Source: Chloroherpetonaceae bacterium (GTDB lineage Bacteria; Bacteroidota; Chlorobiia; Chlorobiales; Thermochlorobacteraceae). Taken from it: a stretch of DNA of 64,000 nucleotides. This document shows positions 11,354 through 23,440 of the stretch, one piece after another. The DNA is taken from positions 876 through 64,875 of the forward strand of contig JBDNCJ010000005.1 of the NCBI GenBank assembly GCA_046719715.1, read 5' to 3'. The stretch's first letter is position 1. Each line of letters starts with the position of its first letter. A model generated the notes under the pieces. That model saw only the letters and a list, made by a program, of their open reading frames with translations, did no database searches and was not told the DNA's origin. A program made the position numbers and the translations under genes.

Positions 11354-12484
11354 TTACACATTGATTCTTACAGGCATGACGAGCATCAAGAGGTTGTTGT
11401 TCTTTTCATCGTTGTGCGGTTTGATAATCGTGGCGCGCGTCGGCGTGCTGAGCTCGAGCTTCACTTCTTCGGCTTCAACGTGTGAAAGCGCGTCTTCGAT
11501 AAACTTCGCATTGAATCCGATAAGCAAATTTTCGTTTTTGAAATCGCATGGAAGCGATTCTTCCGCCGCAGAGCCTTCGTCGGCGTTTTCCGCTGAAATT
11601 CGGATTTCTTTGGGTTCAATCTGAAAGCGCACGTCGCCGCGCGAAGAAAAACGCGCCACCCGCTTGACGGCACCCAACATATTGGCGCGGTTGATAATCA
11701 TTTGCTTGTCGTTTTCAAGCGGAATGACCGCTTCATAATTTGGATAGTTTTCCGTAATCAATCCTGCAACAATTCTCGTTGTGCCGACGACGAACTGCAC
11801 TTTGCCTTCTTTCGTGCTGATGGACACCTTCACATCGTCGTTGCCTGACAGCGACTTCTGAACGATGGAAAGCACGCGCGCGGCAACAATCGCCTTCACT
11901 TTATCGGTTGCCGTTGTTTCGAGCGGTTTGATGAGCCGCACGAGCCGATGCCCGTCGGTGCTGACAGCACGCAGTTCATTCGGCTGAATTTCAAAGAGCA
12001 CGCCCATCATAGCCGGACGCATGGAATCCGTGCTTGCCGCAAAGAGCGTTGTGTCCGCGATTTTCTTCAATTCATTTCCTGCAATCGTAAATTCCACATC
12101 GAAGTCGCCGACTTTTTCTTCCTTTTCACCTTTTGAGATACTGCCCGCAATTCGATACGAGCCTCTATCGGTCTTAATTGAAAAACTCACTTCCCCTTCG
12201 CCGTCCTTTTTCTCGGTTTTGAACTCGGCGACGGCGTCATACATGTTCCTCAAAATATCTTGCAACCGCTTCGCGCTCAAGGCCACCGTGCCTTTATCTC
12301 CCGACTCCACCGCAACGGAAGTCGTAAATGACACATCTCCGTCCGTCGCAAAAAGCGAGAGCACTTTCTTTTCAAGCGTCAGGACAATCGATTCGTAGCG
12401 AAAGTCGGTGGCTTTGGGAGGCAAGGCGAGAACGGCGTTACTTACGGCTTCGGAGAGCGGTTTAATCGAGGAAGTGAATTTCAT
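11354..12484 (-). CDS. dnaN: DNA polymerase III beta sliding clamp
   Basis: 376 aa with the three-domain clamp layout. The N-terminus is MKFT....L, with ATDGHRL-like TDGHRLV and the C-terminal end MPVRI. Confidence 0.95.
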   Translation of the reverse strand: MKFTSSIKPLSEAVSNAVLALPPKATDFRYESIVLTLEKKVLSLFATDGDVSFTTSVAVESGDKGTVALSAKRLQDILRNMYDAVAEFKTEKKDGEGEVSFSIKTDRGSYRIAGSISKGEKEEKVGDFDVEFTIAGNELKKIADTTLFAASTDSMRPAMMGVLFEIQPNELRAVSTDGHRLVRLIKPLETTATDKVKAIVAARVLSIVQKSLSGNDDVKVSISTKEGKVQFVVGTTRIVAGLITENYPNYEAVIPLENDKQMIINRANMLGAVKRVARFSSRGDVRFQIEPKEIRISAENADEGSAAEESLPCDFKNENLLIGFNAKFIEDALSHVEAEEVKLELSTPTRATIIKPHNDEKNNNLLMLVMPVRINV

Positions 12485-12763
12485 TCGGCGATATTACGTT
12501 TTGAGTTTTGAAAAATTGCTTAATTATGAAATACGTCATGACGACGTGAATATCTTGATAACTTTTTTCCGTCTTTGTAAGTGCTGATAAAACAAGACTT
12601 TACGAGAATGACTTTTCTTAATCCCACGTGGAAAAAACGTGAAGGACATATCGCTTTATTCACGTTGATGAGCACTCTGTGAGAATTTAGCACATTAGGC
12701 ACATTTCTTCAACAACCTTTTCAAGGCTTTTCCACATCGTTCTCCACGTCGTTGATAAAAAAA

Positions 12764-14206
12764 TCAAAGTGCCATAATTTCAAGGCGTTTCTTCAACTCC
12801 TCGACGTCTTTTCGAATTTCAGGCGATTCATTTTGCCCCTTCTCAATCGTATTGACGGCATGAATGACGGTGCTGTGGTCGCGTCCGCCAAAGTGCAAGC
12901 CGATGGTTTTGAAAGAAGAATTGGTCAAGGTTTTGCCAAGAAACATCGCTAATTGACGCGCTTGTGCGAGTTCTTGTTTGCGCGATTTGCCTTTAAGGTC
13001 GTTGGGAGAAAGTTTGTAGTAATCGCAAACGACTTTTTCAATCATTTCAAGCGTGATGTTAATGGTGCGGTCGCGAATGATGTCTTTCAAAACGGTTTTC
13101 GTGAGCGAGAGGTCTATCTCGCGTCCGTGAAGCGAGGCGGTCGCCATCAGTTTAATCAAGCACCCCTCGAGCTCGCGAATGTTGCTGACGACGTTAGTGG
13201 CGATAAATTGAATGACGTCGGTGGAAAGCGACGTGCCATTGTCTTCCATTTTCTTTTGAAGAATGGCAAGGCGTGTTTCGTAGTCGGGCACTTGGAGGTC
13301 GGCGGAAAGTCCCCACGCAAAGCGCGAGAGCAGACGTTCTTCCAATCCGCGTAGTTCCTTGATGGGGCGGTCGCAAGTCAGCACAATTTGCTTGTTGGCT
13401 TGGTGAAGTGTGTTGAAGATGTGAAAGACTTCCTCTTGCGTTTTTTCTTTATCGGCGAAAAACTGAATGTCATCGATGATGAGTAAGTCAACATTGCGAT
13501 AGAAGGCGGAAAACTCGCTGCGTCGGTTGGTTTGAATGGCGTTGATGAAATCAAGCGTGAACTTTTCACACGAGACATAGAGAATCATTTCGGCTTTTTG
13601 GCGAGCGCGTACGGCGTTTCCAATGGCTTGCGCAAGGTGCGTTTTGCCCAGACCCACGCCGCCGTAAAGCACAAGAGGATTGAATGTATTTTTGCCCGGC
13701 GTTTCCGAAATTGATTTCGCCGCCGCAAAAGCCAGTGCGTTGCAGTCGCCTTTGATAAAACTTTCAAACACATACTTCGGATTCAAGTAACTTTCGTAGC
13801 GTTGGACGTTGGATTTGTAAAAGTCAAACGCAACCCGCGACGTCTTTACCTCACGCACGGGGGGTTGCTCAACGGGCTGTTGCGGAAGTTTTACCGTAAC
13901 CGGCTCAACGGGCGACTGCTGAACGACAACCGAGTAAGTGAGCTTGGCATTTCTTCCGATAACATCGATAATCGTGCGCTTCAAAAGCGTGTAGTAATTC
14001 TCCTCTATCCATTCATAAAAAAACTGACTCGGCACTTGAATCGTAATTTCCTCGCCCACTAACTTCAATGGCACGATTGGCTCAAACCACGTCTTGAAAC
14101 TTTGCTGATTGTTGATGTTATCTCGAATAATGTCAAGACACTTTTTCCATGCCGTTTGGGCGGCGAGTTTTTCCGTGTTGTCGGCTGATTGGCTTTCAAG
14201 AGACAT
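12764..14206 (-). CDS. dnaA: chromosomal replication initiator DnaA
   Basis: The AAA+ motifs [25 protein letters not shown] and VLTCDRP, plus the domain IV sequence [11 protein letters not shown]. The track ORF starts at a TTG (14269); I prefer the ATG at 14206 (MSLESQ...), which leaves the DnaA box at 14239 upstream. Confidence 0.95.
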   Translation of the reverse strand: MSLESQSADNTEKLAAQTAWKKCLDIIRDNINNQQSFKTWFEPIVPLKLVGEEITIQVPSQFFYEWIEENYYTLLKRTIIDVIGRNAKLTYSVVVQQSPVEPVTVKLPQQPVEQPPVREVKTSRVAFDFYKSNVQRYESYLNPKYVFESFIKGDCNALAFAAAKSISETPGKNTFNPLVLYGGVGLGKTHLAQAIGNAVRARQKAEMILYVSCEKFTLDFINAIQTNRRSEFSAFYRNVDLLIIDDIQFFADKEKTQEEVFHIFNTLHQANKQIVLTCDRPIKELRGLEERLLSRFAWGLSADLQVPDYETRLAILQKKMEDNGTSLSTDVIQFIATNVVSNIRELEGCLIKLMATASLHGREIDLSLTKTVLKDIIRDRTINITLEMIEKVVCDYYKLSPNDLKGKSRKQELAQARQLAMFLGKTLTNSSFKTIGLHFGGRDHSTVIHAVNTIEKGQNESPEIRKDVEELKKRLEIMAL

Positions 14207-14711
14207 AACCCAATGGCTTGAATGAATGGTAAGTAAATTTATCCACGTTGGAAAAGGTATTATCAACAATCCATTTTCACATTGTCGGGCAAATCGGACG
14301 GAAGTTCATCGGACTTCCTTCCTTAAAAAATAAAAACTAATCTTTATTCACAAGTAGCCTAAACCACTAAATATCTATTTTCTCGTAGCTTAACAAAGAT
14401 TTTTAAAAATTATCCACGTGTTTGAAAAATAACGCTTAAAGTCATTATCGTTTTTGGCTTGAAGAGAGATGTATTCTTCACAATTTATCCACAGGTGTTG
14501 AAATTGGGATTTCTCCAAAAAACGCTCTCGTGAAAATACCTGAACCCCTGACCAAAGACGAAAATTTTTGAGAATTGCTATTCAAGATGATTCAGTATCG
14601 AGAAAAAGGGCGCAATAATACGAGAAAGCGGGTAACGTAAAAAGTTGTTTTTGAAGAACGGAACGTATATCTTTGCGCTCTTTTCACAAAATTTGAAAAC
14701 TTGCATAACTC
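14207..14711. other. candidate oriC / dnaA-rpmH divergent control region
   Basis: 505-bp non-coding spacer. DnaA boxes: TTATCCACA (14485..14493, perfect), TTATCCACG (14239..14247 and 14410..14418) and TTATTCACA (14344..14352). AT-rich tracts lie at about 14325..14345 and 14395..14412. Confidence 0.55.
14668..14675 (+). promoter_or_regulatory. candidate -7/-10 promoter element TATCTTTG upstream of rpmH
   Basis: It matches the FCB-group TAnnTTTG motif about 37 nt upstream of the rpmH ATG. The identical octamer precedes groES. This is pattern evidence only. Confidence 0.3.
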
Positions 14712-14876
14712 ATGAAACGCACTTTCCAGCCATCAAACCGCAAACGACGCAATAAACACGGGTTCAGAGAGCGCATGGCGACCAAAAACGGGCGCAAAGT
14801 CTTGGCGGCACGCCGTAAAAAAGGACGCTACAAACTCACCGTCAGCGACGAGCCGCGCAAAAGCGTAAAAGGCTAA
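14712..14876 (+). CDS. rpmH: 50S ribosomal protein L34
   Basis: Hand-translated 54 aa: [54 protein letters not shown]. The ORF is below the 60-aa track cutoff. It sits in the canonical position before rnpA. Confidence 0.9.
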   Translation: MKRTFQPSNRKRRNKHGFRERMATKNGRKVLAARRKKGRYKLTVSDEPRKSVKG

Positions 14877-14917
14877 TGCGAAGCGTGAATGGTTAATGCG
14901 GAAAATCACCGCCGCAC

Positions 14918-15337
14918 ATGCAATCGCGAGCCACACTGAAAAAATGTGAAATCCTGCGGCTCAAAAACGACATAGACGAATTATTCAAAGAGGGGAAGTC
15001 TGTCAAAGTGCTTCCCCTCAAAATTCTGTATCAGGTGCCGCCGCCCAACAGAGCGAAGACGGAAGCGACAAAACTGCAAATACAAGTCATGTTCGTTGTC
15101 AGCAAGCGGACCTTGAAAAGCGCGGCGAGACGCAATCGAGTCAAACGCTGTATGCGCGAAGCCTACAGGAACTTAAAATCCGAAATCGGCTCAACGCTCT
15201 CACAAAAATGCCCATCGGTTCGACAGTTGCGACTTGCCTTCCTGTTTCAATCTGCACAATACGAAATCGTCAATACCAAGCAGATGAAAATGGTGTTGAG
15301 AAAAGGAATTGAAAAAATTATCACACGATTGAAGTAA
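14918..15337 (+). CDS. rnpA: ribonuclease P protein component
   Basis: 139 aa, basic. VSKRTLKSAARRNRVKRCMREAYR matches the RNase P protein RNR motif. It follows rpmH. Confidence 0.8.
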   Translation: MQSRATLKKCEILRLKNDIDELFKEGKSVKVLPLKILYQVPPPNRAKTEATKLQIQVMFVVSKRTLKSAARRNRVKRCMREAYRNLKSEIGSTLSQKCPSVRQLRLAFLFQSAQYEIVNTKQMKMVLRKGIEKIITRLK

Positions 15338-15360
15338 GGGCTTGAACTCAAATTGAAACT

Positions 15361-15636
15361 ATGAACACGCAGCTCCATTGGTTTTGGAAACTTCTCAATG
15401 CGATTCCGATTACGCTGATTCGCTTCTACCAACTGACGCTCTCCCCGTATTTTGGTGGCTCCTGCCGATTCCACCCCACGTGTTCCAACTACGGGCTTGA
15501 AGCCTTCAAAACGCATAACTTCTTTACAGCGTTAGGGCTGACGGTTTGGCGCATCTTGCGTTGTAATCCTTTTGTAAAAGGCGGGCACGACCCTGTGCCG
15601 CAACAAAACTCAAACACAACTTCAAATCATGGATAG
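15361..15636 (+). CDS. yidD: membrane protein insertion efficiency factor YidD
   Basis: [30 protein letters not shown]...RCNPF..GGHDPVP is the YidD signature. It overlaps the yidC start by 8 nt. Confidence 0.85.
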   Translation: MNTQLHWFWKLLNAIPITLIRFYQLTLSPYFGGSCRFHPTCSNYGLEAFKTHNFFTALGLTVWRILRCNPFVKGGHDPVPQQNSNTTSNHG

Positions 15637-17395
15637 AAATTCACTGATTGGACTTCTGCTCATCGGGCTCATCTTTATCGTTTGGATGCAACTGCTTTCG
15701 CCCTCAAAGCCAAAACAGCGACCGCTTCCGAAGCAGACGGATACAAGCGCAACAGCAGGCGCAATCATTGATTCAGATTCGCTCAAAAAACTTGAAGCCC
15801 TTGAAAAAGCCCGTACCTTCGGCGTGTTCAGTGCGGCGGCAGAAGGCGAAGAAAAACTTATCACGGTTGAAACCGACCTCTTTACCGCTGTGCTTTCCTC
15901 AAAAGGCGCAACGCTTAAATCCTTTGTCCAAAAAAAATACCTCAACGAAGAACGCAAGCCGTTTGATTTGATTACCTCGCCCAACGGCGCAACTGCACTC
16001 TTCTTCCAGACCCGCGACGGCAAAAACATTACGACCACTGACCTTTACTTCGCGCCTAAATTTGACTCGGAAAAATTAACCCTTTCGGGAAAGCAATCGG
16101 GGAAAATTCCCTTCGAATTGACGCTGGCTGATGGCAAAAAAATCGAAATCACTTATACCTTCGTCGGCAATTTGTATCGATTTGACTATCAAACAAACCT
16201 GATTGGATTAGGCGACATCGTTCAAAACGGAGAATACCAAGTGGTCTGGAATGGCGGAATTGCGCACAGCGAAAAAAATAGACTCGATGAAGCCATGCGC
16301 TCTTACGCCCACGCGATTCAAGCAGGCGAACTCTTGAAATTAGACGCCGAAAAAGCGGGCGAAACCAAGAAAGAAAACCCCGACGGCAAAACGAAATGGG
16401 TTTCCGTTCAAAGCAAGTATTTCATCGCCGCAGTCATCGCCGAAAACGAAAGCAAAGGCGCATACCTGCAAGGCTATCGCAACACTGATGATGAAAAACT
16501 CATCTTTGAGGATTACACCGTCGCGCTTCGCGAGGACTTGCCGTTCAAGCAAAATGAAGTCAAGGGAAATTTCGCGCTGTATGTCGGTCCGCTTGATTAT
16601 GATTTGCTCAAAGACAACGGCGTCGGGCTTGAACGCGCCATAGACTTTGGCTGGGAGTGGCTCACACGCCCCTTTGCAGAGTGGCTGATTGTGCCCGTCT
16701 TTAACTTTCTCAATCAATACATTACGAACTACGGGCTGATTATCATCATCTTCGCATTTCTCATCAAACTGGTAACCTATCCGCTCACGGCGGCTTCGAC
16801 AAACTCAATGAAGAAAATGGCGACCTTGCAACCGCAACTGCAAGCCGTCCAAGAGAAATACAAAAATGACCCTGCCAAATTGCAAAACGAACTGGGCAAA
16901 ATCTACAAGGAAGCAGGCGTCAATCCGCTTTCCGGATGCTTGCCCGTGCTCCTACAAATGCCGCTTCTCATCGCGATGTATAATGTCTTCAGCGCGTCAA
17001 TTCAACTGCGCCAAGAATCGTTTTTGTGGGCGGACGACCTTTCTGCGCCTGACGCCGTCATTCATTTCCCATTTTCAATTCCGCTCTATGGCGACCACAT
17101 CGCCGTCTATCCGATTCTCATGGCGATTTCTATTTACATTCAGCAAAAAATTACGCCGCAACAATCTGGCGCAATGGCGGAACAAATGAAAATCATGACC
17201 TACATCTTCCCGATTATGATGCTCCTTTTCTTCAATAACCTGCCGGCTGGATTAGGACTCTACTACTTTATGTTCAATGTCTTTGGTCTGATTCAGCAAG
17301 TTTACACCAACTCGACCCTTCCGAAACCCGCCGCAAAGCCCGTTCAAGCCGTAACGCCGAGCGGCGCGAAAAAGAAAAAAGAGAAAGTTGCGTAA
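15629..17395 (+). CDS. yidC: membrane protein insertase YidC
   Basis: 588 aa with an N-terminal TM segment, a large periplasmic domain and a C-terminal 60-kDa insertase core ([24 protein letters not shown]). Confidence 0.9.
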   Translation: MDRNSLIGLLLIGLIFIVWMQLLSPSKPKQRPLPKQTDTSATAGAIIDSDSLKKLEALEKARTFGVFSAAAEGEEKLITVETDLFTAVLSSKGATLKSFVQKKYLNEERKPFDLITSPNGATALFFQTRDGKNITTTDLYFAPKFDSEKLTLSGKQSGKIPFELTLADGKKIEITYTFVGNLYRFDYQTNLIGLGDIVQNGEYQVVWNGGIAHSEKNRLDEAMRSYAHAIQAGELLKLDAEKAGETKKENPDGKTKWVSVQSKYFIAAVIAENESKGAYLQGYRNTDDEKLIFEDYTVALREDLPFKQNEVKGNFALYVGPLDYDLLKDNGVGLERAIDFGWEWLTRPFAEWLIVPVFNFLNQYITNYGLIIIIFAFLIKLVTYPLTAASTNSMKKMATLQPQLQAVQEKYKNDPAKLQNELGKIYKEAGVNPLSGCLPVLLQMPLLIAMYNVFSASIQLRQESFLWADDLSAPDAVIHFPFSIPLYGDHIAVYPILMAISIYIQQKITPQQSGAMAEQMKIMTYIFPIMMLLFFNNLPAGLGLYYFMFNVFGLIQQVYTNSTLPKPAAKPVQAVTPSGAKKKKEKVA

Positions 17396-17427
17396 GTTTG
17401 ATTCGAACCTAATGATAGAAGCGAGCA

Positions 17428-17970
17428 ATGGAAACCGTAGAAACGACATCAAGCAAATCCGCGAAGACAAAAAAGCGACCAAACCCAACGACAGAGACCG
17501 AATTAACCGCCTCTGCCAAGAAACGCTCTGATTACGAACTTGAACGAGGAAAACCGATGCCCAGCTTCATTCACGGAATCACTCAAATGAGAATTGGCTC
17601 TGCGCTCTCACGCCTTGATGACTTTATGATTGGTAGTGAAATCACGCTGGAGTTGAACCCGAGCATGACGCCCGACATTCTCATCTTCAAAAAGCGCAAA
17701 ATGGATTTTCAGCGCGATGAAAAACGCGTCGCCGAAATGCCGCTTACCGCGATTGAGATTCTTTCGGGCACACAAGGCATGGATAATTTTGATGAAAAAC
17801 TGCCGCGATACTTCGAAGCGGGTGTTCAATCGGTTTGGTTGGTTCAACCGTTTATCAAAACCATCGCTGTGTTTCTTCCCAATCAAGAGCCCCAAGTCTT
17901 CACGAAAGGCGAGTTGCGCGACCCCGCCACCAGCATTTCTCTCAATCTTGATGAAATTTTCAAGAATTAA
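17428..17970 (+). CDS. Uma2 (DUF820) family endonuclease-fold protein
   Basis: YELERGKPMPSFIHG, TPDILIF, PLTAIEILS and GVQSVWLVQP follow the Uma2 layout. This is the second copy in the window. Confidence 0.7.
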   Translation: METVETTSSKSAKTKKRPNPTTETELTASAKKRSDYELERGKPMPSFIHGITQMRIGSALSRLDDFMIGSEITLELNPSMTPDILIFKKRKMDFQRDEKRVAEMPLTAIEILSGTQGMDNFDEKLPRYFEAGVQSVWLVQPFIKTIAVFLPNQEPQVFTKGELRDPATSISLNLDEIFKN

Positions 17971-17978
17971 TCGCGCCA

Positions 17979-18581
17979 ATGGAAACGCTGTATGCGCTTG
18001 ATGTCGCGCTCTTTCGCGCGGTCAATGACCAAACGGGTGTTGCGTTTCTTGATGCGTTTTTCATATTCCTCACCAAGTTCAATCAGTCGTGGTGGATTGC
18101 GGCACTCGCGACAGTGTTCATTTTCATTCGGCGCAAGTGGGAAGGCGTAACCGTTTTGCTTCTTTGCATTGTCGCGATTGCGATTGCTGACCAAACGGCT
18201 TCGCATCTTTTCAAGCCGCTCATTCAGCGCACGCGCCCGTGCTTTGAACTTGCCGATGTGCATTTGCTCATCAACCAGCCGCGCTCGTTCTCCTTTGCGT
18301 CGTCGCACGCGGCAAATACGGCGGCTGTGGCGACGGTGCTCTTTTTCTTTTTCGCAAAATCGACGATGCTTGATAAAGGCTTTGTGTGGGTAATGAGCGT
18401 TTATGCGTTTTTGGTCGGCGTTTCGCGCGTCTATGTCGGTGTGCATTATCCTTCTGATGTGCTGGGCGGATTTCTCATCGGCGTTGCAAGCGGCGCCTTG
18501 ACTTATGGCGTGTTTAGTTACATTTGGAAAAACGTGATTGAAGTAGGACGATTGAAAAAACAAAACAACTCAAAAACCTAA
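17979..18581 (+). CDS. PAP2-family phosphatase (undecaprenyl-diphosphatase-like)
   Basis: The PAP2 motifs are KPLIQRTRP, FASSH and SRVYVGVHYPSD. The protein is multi-pass membrane. Confidence 0.8.
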   Translation: METLYALDVALFRAVNDQTGVAFLDAFFIFLTKFNQSWWIAALATVFIFIRRKWEGVTVLLLCIVAIAIADQTASHLFKPLIQRTRPCFELADVHLLINQPRSFSFASSHAANTAAVATVLFFFFAKSTMLDKGFVWVMSVYAFLVGVSRVYVGVHYPSDVLGGFLIGVASGALTYGVFSYIWKNVIEVGRLKKQNNSKT

Positions 18582-18586
18582 ACACG

Positions 18587-19168
18587 ATGAACACAGTACA
18601 TCTCGGCGACGCCTACGACTTTATGAAAAAAGATATTTTAAGAGTACTCAAGGTAGGATTAAAAAAAAGCATTTACGTTCTACCAATGTTCACTGACGAG
18701 TTTAAAGGGGAGTACTTGACATTTTACAAAAATTTGACGAGTTATGAAGAGGAAACAGATGATAAGATAAAAGAGATTGTGATAAAGGGCGAAAATAGAC
18801 GAAATTATTTTAACGACCCGAACCTGAATGATTATATCGTTTTCATTGATCCAAACACAGGAATCAAAGATAGTTATGGCTGGAACTATATTCATTATGA
18901 TGAGATAGAAATGGTAGCGCGTAACAACAACTTTTTGGTTATCTACGACCAGTCATTTGATAGAAGAAAGGACAGAAAGAAAGAAATTGAATCCAAATTG
19001 AAATCTCTTAAAGACAAAAATCTCCACGCCTTTTACCTCAACGCGCAAACCTCCTTTGCTTTCATCTCTAAAAACGAAGAATTGCTGAATAGAGCAAAAT
19101 GCTTATTGATTAACCAAGTCGCGCTTTCGTGCAGGCTTATTCCTGATGATAAAAATCACGTCAAGTGA
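18587..19168 (+). CDS. hypothetical protein, AT-rich orphan
   Basis: 193-aa ORF with an ATG start. It is visibly more AT-rich and Lys/Asn/Ile-rich than its flanks. The motifs HLGDAYDFMKK, FIDPNTGI and LVIYDQSF do not match any family I can name. Confidence 0.5.
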   Translation: MNTVHLGDAYDFMKKDILRVLKVGLKKSIYVLPMFTDEFKGEYLTFYKNLTSYEEETDDKIKEIVIKGENRRNYFNDPNLNDYIVFIDPNTGIKDSYGWNYIHYDEIEMVARNNNFLVIYDQSFDRRKDRKKEIESKLKSLKDKNLHAFYLNAQTSFAFISKNEELLNRAKCLLINQVALSCRLIPDDKNHVK

Positions 19169-20796
19169 AGCCACCAGAGCAAGGCTTGTGCGAGCAAGAT
19201 TTTGAGAATCATGGCGGTTGGGAAGACGGCGGAGTAAGCGATGTTCGGGGCTTCGCTGTTGGCGAGTTTGCCGATAAAAGAGAGTACGGCGGGTTGTGTT
19301 TGTCCGCCAGCGAGTGCGCCGGTTGCCGTTACCCAATCAAGCCGCAGAATCCACATTGCGCCAACAAGCAGAAGAAAGGCTGATGTGAAGGTGAGCAGTG
19401 CGCCGATGCTGATAAGCATTAACCCTTGCCCGCTAATTGCGTCGGCGAATTGCGCGCCCGATTTAATCCCCACCGATGCAAAGAAAAGCACCAAGCCGAG
19501 TTGGCGAAAGGTCGCATCGATTTCGAGCGGCAAATCCCAAATGAGCGGACCGGTTCGCCCGATGTAGCCCAGCACGAGCGAGACGAGCAATGCGCCGCCT
19601 GCAAGTCCAAGTTTCAATTCAAACTCGCCGAGCGGAATTGGAATTTGTCCAATCGCAATGCCAAGCAAAATGCCGAGCGAGAGCGAGAGGTAGTCCGTTT
19701 CGCTGAGGGCTTTGGCAGAGTCGCCTAAATACTTGGTGAGGTCGGCGATGCGGTCGGCAGGAGCAACGACGCGCAAGCGGTCGCCACGCTCGAGAATTGT
19801 GTCGTCTGTTGGAAAGAAGTCGACATCACCGCGACGAATCCGAGTAACCAGTGCGCCCCAACTGTTTTCCAAATCCAAGTCTTTCAAACGTTTGCCAATC
19901 AGACTTTGATTCGTGAGCAAAATGCGTCGGAAATCGACTTGTTTGCGTTCGCCTTCGGGACTTTCAGCGGTTTCTTCTCCAACGGCGTTTCCTGCCGCGC
20001 GAACAGTATGCTCCGAGCCGACAATGCGCAACACGTCGCCCTGTTGAAGAACGGTATGGGCAACGCCGACGAAAATATCACGACCACGTTTGATTCGGCT
20101 GACCCTCACGCCGAAGGGAATGAGCAACGCCTCGCGCACCGTTTTTCCAACGAGTTCAGAATTTTGCAGCACAAAATTTTTCCCAACAGGTGATTCGGTC
20201 TTTGTGCCTGCTGTGGCTTCGGCGCGCACCGTTTCCCGAGCGACATCAACTCGGCGAAGCGACGCAATCGCAAGTGAAATTAAAATCGGAAGCACAACGG
20301 CGAGCGGATAAACGACCGAGTAACCGACCGCAATCATCGAGGCATCGGGGTGTGCGCCAATGGCTTCTGTCGCCGCCGCCAATGCTGGCGTATTGGTTAG
20401 CGAGCCGCAAAACATGCCCACCAAAATTGCACCGTTCAGCGAAAAGAGACTTGCGCATATCGCCGCAACAAAAGCAACCGTGCCAATCGAGATGATGGAT
20501 AAGAGCGTCAAGGAAATGCCGCGCTGTCGCAAAATTCGAAAAAATCCGGGACCAGACTGTAAGCCAACTGTATAAACAAACAACAGTAGTCCTAACTGCC
20601 CCACCACATCGGGCACTTTGAATCGTCCTTCGCCAAACGCGCCAACTGCTAATCCGACAAATAAAACGGACGCAACGCCCAGCCCGACACCCTTGAATTC
20701 AAGCGTTGAAAGCAAGTAGCCGAAGCCAATCGTGAGAAATAAAAGCGCAATCGTGTTTTGGGAGAGAAAGTCGCGGAGTAAATCCAGAACCGTCAT
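19156..20796 (-). CDS. YidE/YbjL (AAE family) transporter with two TrkA-C domains
   Basis: Duplicated membrane halves (GSLTNTPALAAA / GGQTQPAVL) flank two RCK_C-like segments (GDVLRIVG, GDRLRVVA). The preferred start is the internal ATG at 20796 (MTVLDLL...). Confidence 0.75.
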   Translation of the reverse strand: MTVLDLLRDFLSQNTIALLFLTIGFGYLLSTLEFKGVGLGVASVLFVGLAVGAFGEGRFKVPDVVGQLGLLLFVYTVGLQSGPGFFRILRQRGISLTLLSIISIGTVAFVAAICASLFSLNGAILVGMFCGSLTNTPALAAATEAIGAHPDASMIAVGYSVVYPLAVVLPILISLAIASLRRVDVARETVRAEATAGTKTESPVGKNFVLQNSELVGKTVREALLIPFGVRVSRIKRGRDIFVGVAHTVLQQGDVLRIVGSEHTVRAAGNAVGEETAESPEGERKQVDFRRILLTNQSLIGKRLKDLDLENSWGALVTRIRRGDVDFFPTDDTILERGDRLRVVAPADRIADLTKYLGDSAKALSETDYLSLSLGILLGIAIGQIPIPLGEFELKLGLAGGALLVSLVLGYIGRTGPLIWDLPLEIDATFRQLGLVLFFASVGIKSGAQFADAISGQGLMLISIGALLTFTSAFLLLVGAMWILRLDWVTATGALAGGQTQPAVLSFIGKLANSEAPNIAYSAVFPTAMILKILLAQALLWWLHLT

Positions 20797-20900
20797 GTTG
20801 AGCAATGTTCTTATTCGGAAGTAAACGTGCGAAATTTCTCGCACAAAAATCGTTTGAATCTTTCCAGAAAAAGTGTAGCGGAGACGAGCGCGCGGGGCGG

Positions 20901-21719
20901 TCAGTAAAGCAAGCGTCCGCCGTCGACGCTCAAAACGTGACCGGTGATGTAATCATTTTCGGAAAGAAAGAGCATCGCGTTGACGACGTCGTTTGGAGAG
21001 CCGATACGGCGAAGCGGAATTTTTTCAACAATGTCTTTTTCGTATTGCTTGTCGCGCTCATCGTGTAAGAGCAAGGTGCCCGGCGCGATGGAATTGACAA
21101 GAATTTTCGGCGCGCACTCTTTGGCGAAGACCTTCGTCAAATGCTGAACGCCGAGTTTGGAAGCGGTATAGGGCGCGTAATTTCGCCACACGAGCTCCGC
21201 CGAGACGTCCGACATGGTGATGATTCTTGAAACGAAAGGCTGTTTCATCATCATTTTAGCCGCCTCTTGCATGGTGAAAAACGTGCCTTTAAGGTTAGTA
21301 TCGACGAGGCTATCCCAGTCTTTTTCGCTCACGGTTGGGAGTTGGGTTGGAAAAAAATTTGAGGCGTTGCAAATCATCAAATCCAGTCGCTCGAAGCGAC
21401 GGCGGAAAAACATGAACGCGCGTTTAATTGAACTGACTTTTGAAATATCGCAGTGAATCATTTTGGCGTCGGGCGCAAAGGCGTTGAGTTCGGAGAGCGT
21501 CTCGAGTGCTTCTTCGCGCGAGGAGCGATACGTGAAGCAGACGCGCCAGCCCCGCTTAGCAAGTTCTATCGACATTGCTTTGCCAAGTCGACCAGAGCCG
21601 CCCGTGATAAAGCACACGGGCGAACTCGTCGTGGGTTCAACGCGCTTCGGCTTGCGTTTCAGGCGAAGTGTTTTCAGGTTGATGGACTTGATTGATGATT
21701 TCAGATTCGGAAGTTTCAT
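20901..21719 (-). CDS. SDR-family oxidoreductase
   Basis: ITGGSGRLGKA (TGxxxGxG), NASNF and the catalytic YTASK. The track start is a TTG (21740) overlapping the eno stop; the first ATG is at 21719. Confidence 0.75.
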   Translation of the reverse strand: MKLPNLKSSIKSINLKTLRLKRKPKRVEPTTSSPVCFITGGSGRLGKAMSIELAKRGWRVCFTYRSSREEALETLSELNAFAPDAKMIHCDISKVSSIKRAFMFFRRRFERLDLMICNASNFFPTQLPTVSEKDWDSLVDTNLKGTFFTMQEAAKMMMKQPFVSRIITMSDVSAELVWRNYAPYTASKLGVQHLTKVFAKECAPKILVNSIAPGTLLLHDERDKQYEKDIVEKIPLRRIGSPNDVVNAMLFLSENDYITGHVLSVDGGRLLY

Positions 21720-21736
21720 GGTAATGTTCAAGGCGT

Positions 21737-23041
<1,305 letters not shown>

Positions 23042-23107
23042 TTAGAAGAAACTGACAAAGGTAAGGATTTTGCGCGACTGAATCGCAGCAGAAGAAATGA
23101 ACACACG

Positions 23108-23434
23108 CTATACACCGAAAAAAAACGCTAGCACGCTGTATGCAACAACGGCTGGCGCAAGGGTTGCGACAATAAGCCACAAGAATAACGAGAGATATGT
23201 CAATATCAATATGATGAAGCTCGGTGCTTTGAAAACATCGTATCCAGAAACTTGGTCATAGCGAACATCGACTTTGAACCACTGCTGAATTTTTTCAATC
23301 CCAAAATTCAGAGAAGACGCGTAGAATTTGATGAACCACACTACATAAAACACCACAACGACGGTCGCCGCAATCATCTGTGTTCTCAATTCTTCGGGTA
23401 GACTCGAAATCCATTCGATGACATCGTTCGCCAT
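23108..23434 (-). CDS. hypothetical small membrane protein
   Basis: 108 aa with two or three hydrophobic helices and an ATG start. It fills the ispF-eno gap. No family was recognised. Confidence 0.45.
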   Translation of the reverse strand: MANDVIEWISSLPEELRTQMIAATVVVVFYVVWFIKFYASSLNFGIEKIQQWFKVDVRYDQVSGYDVFKAPSFIILILTYLSLFLWLIVATLAPAVVAYSVLAFFFGV

Positions 23435-23440
23435 TAAACA

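Noticed and set aside
12520-12702. 60-aa ORF in the dnaA-dnaN spacer
   Set aside because: It has no coding-like composition. The region is better explained as regulatory/origin DNA with DnaA-box-like sites.
17396-17427. gattcgaacc, resembling a tRNA T-arm
   Set aside because: The intergenic gap is only 32 nt, with no acceptor, D or anticodon stems. It is not a tRNA.
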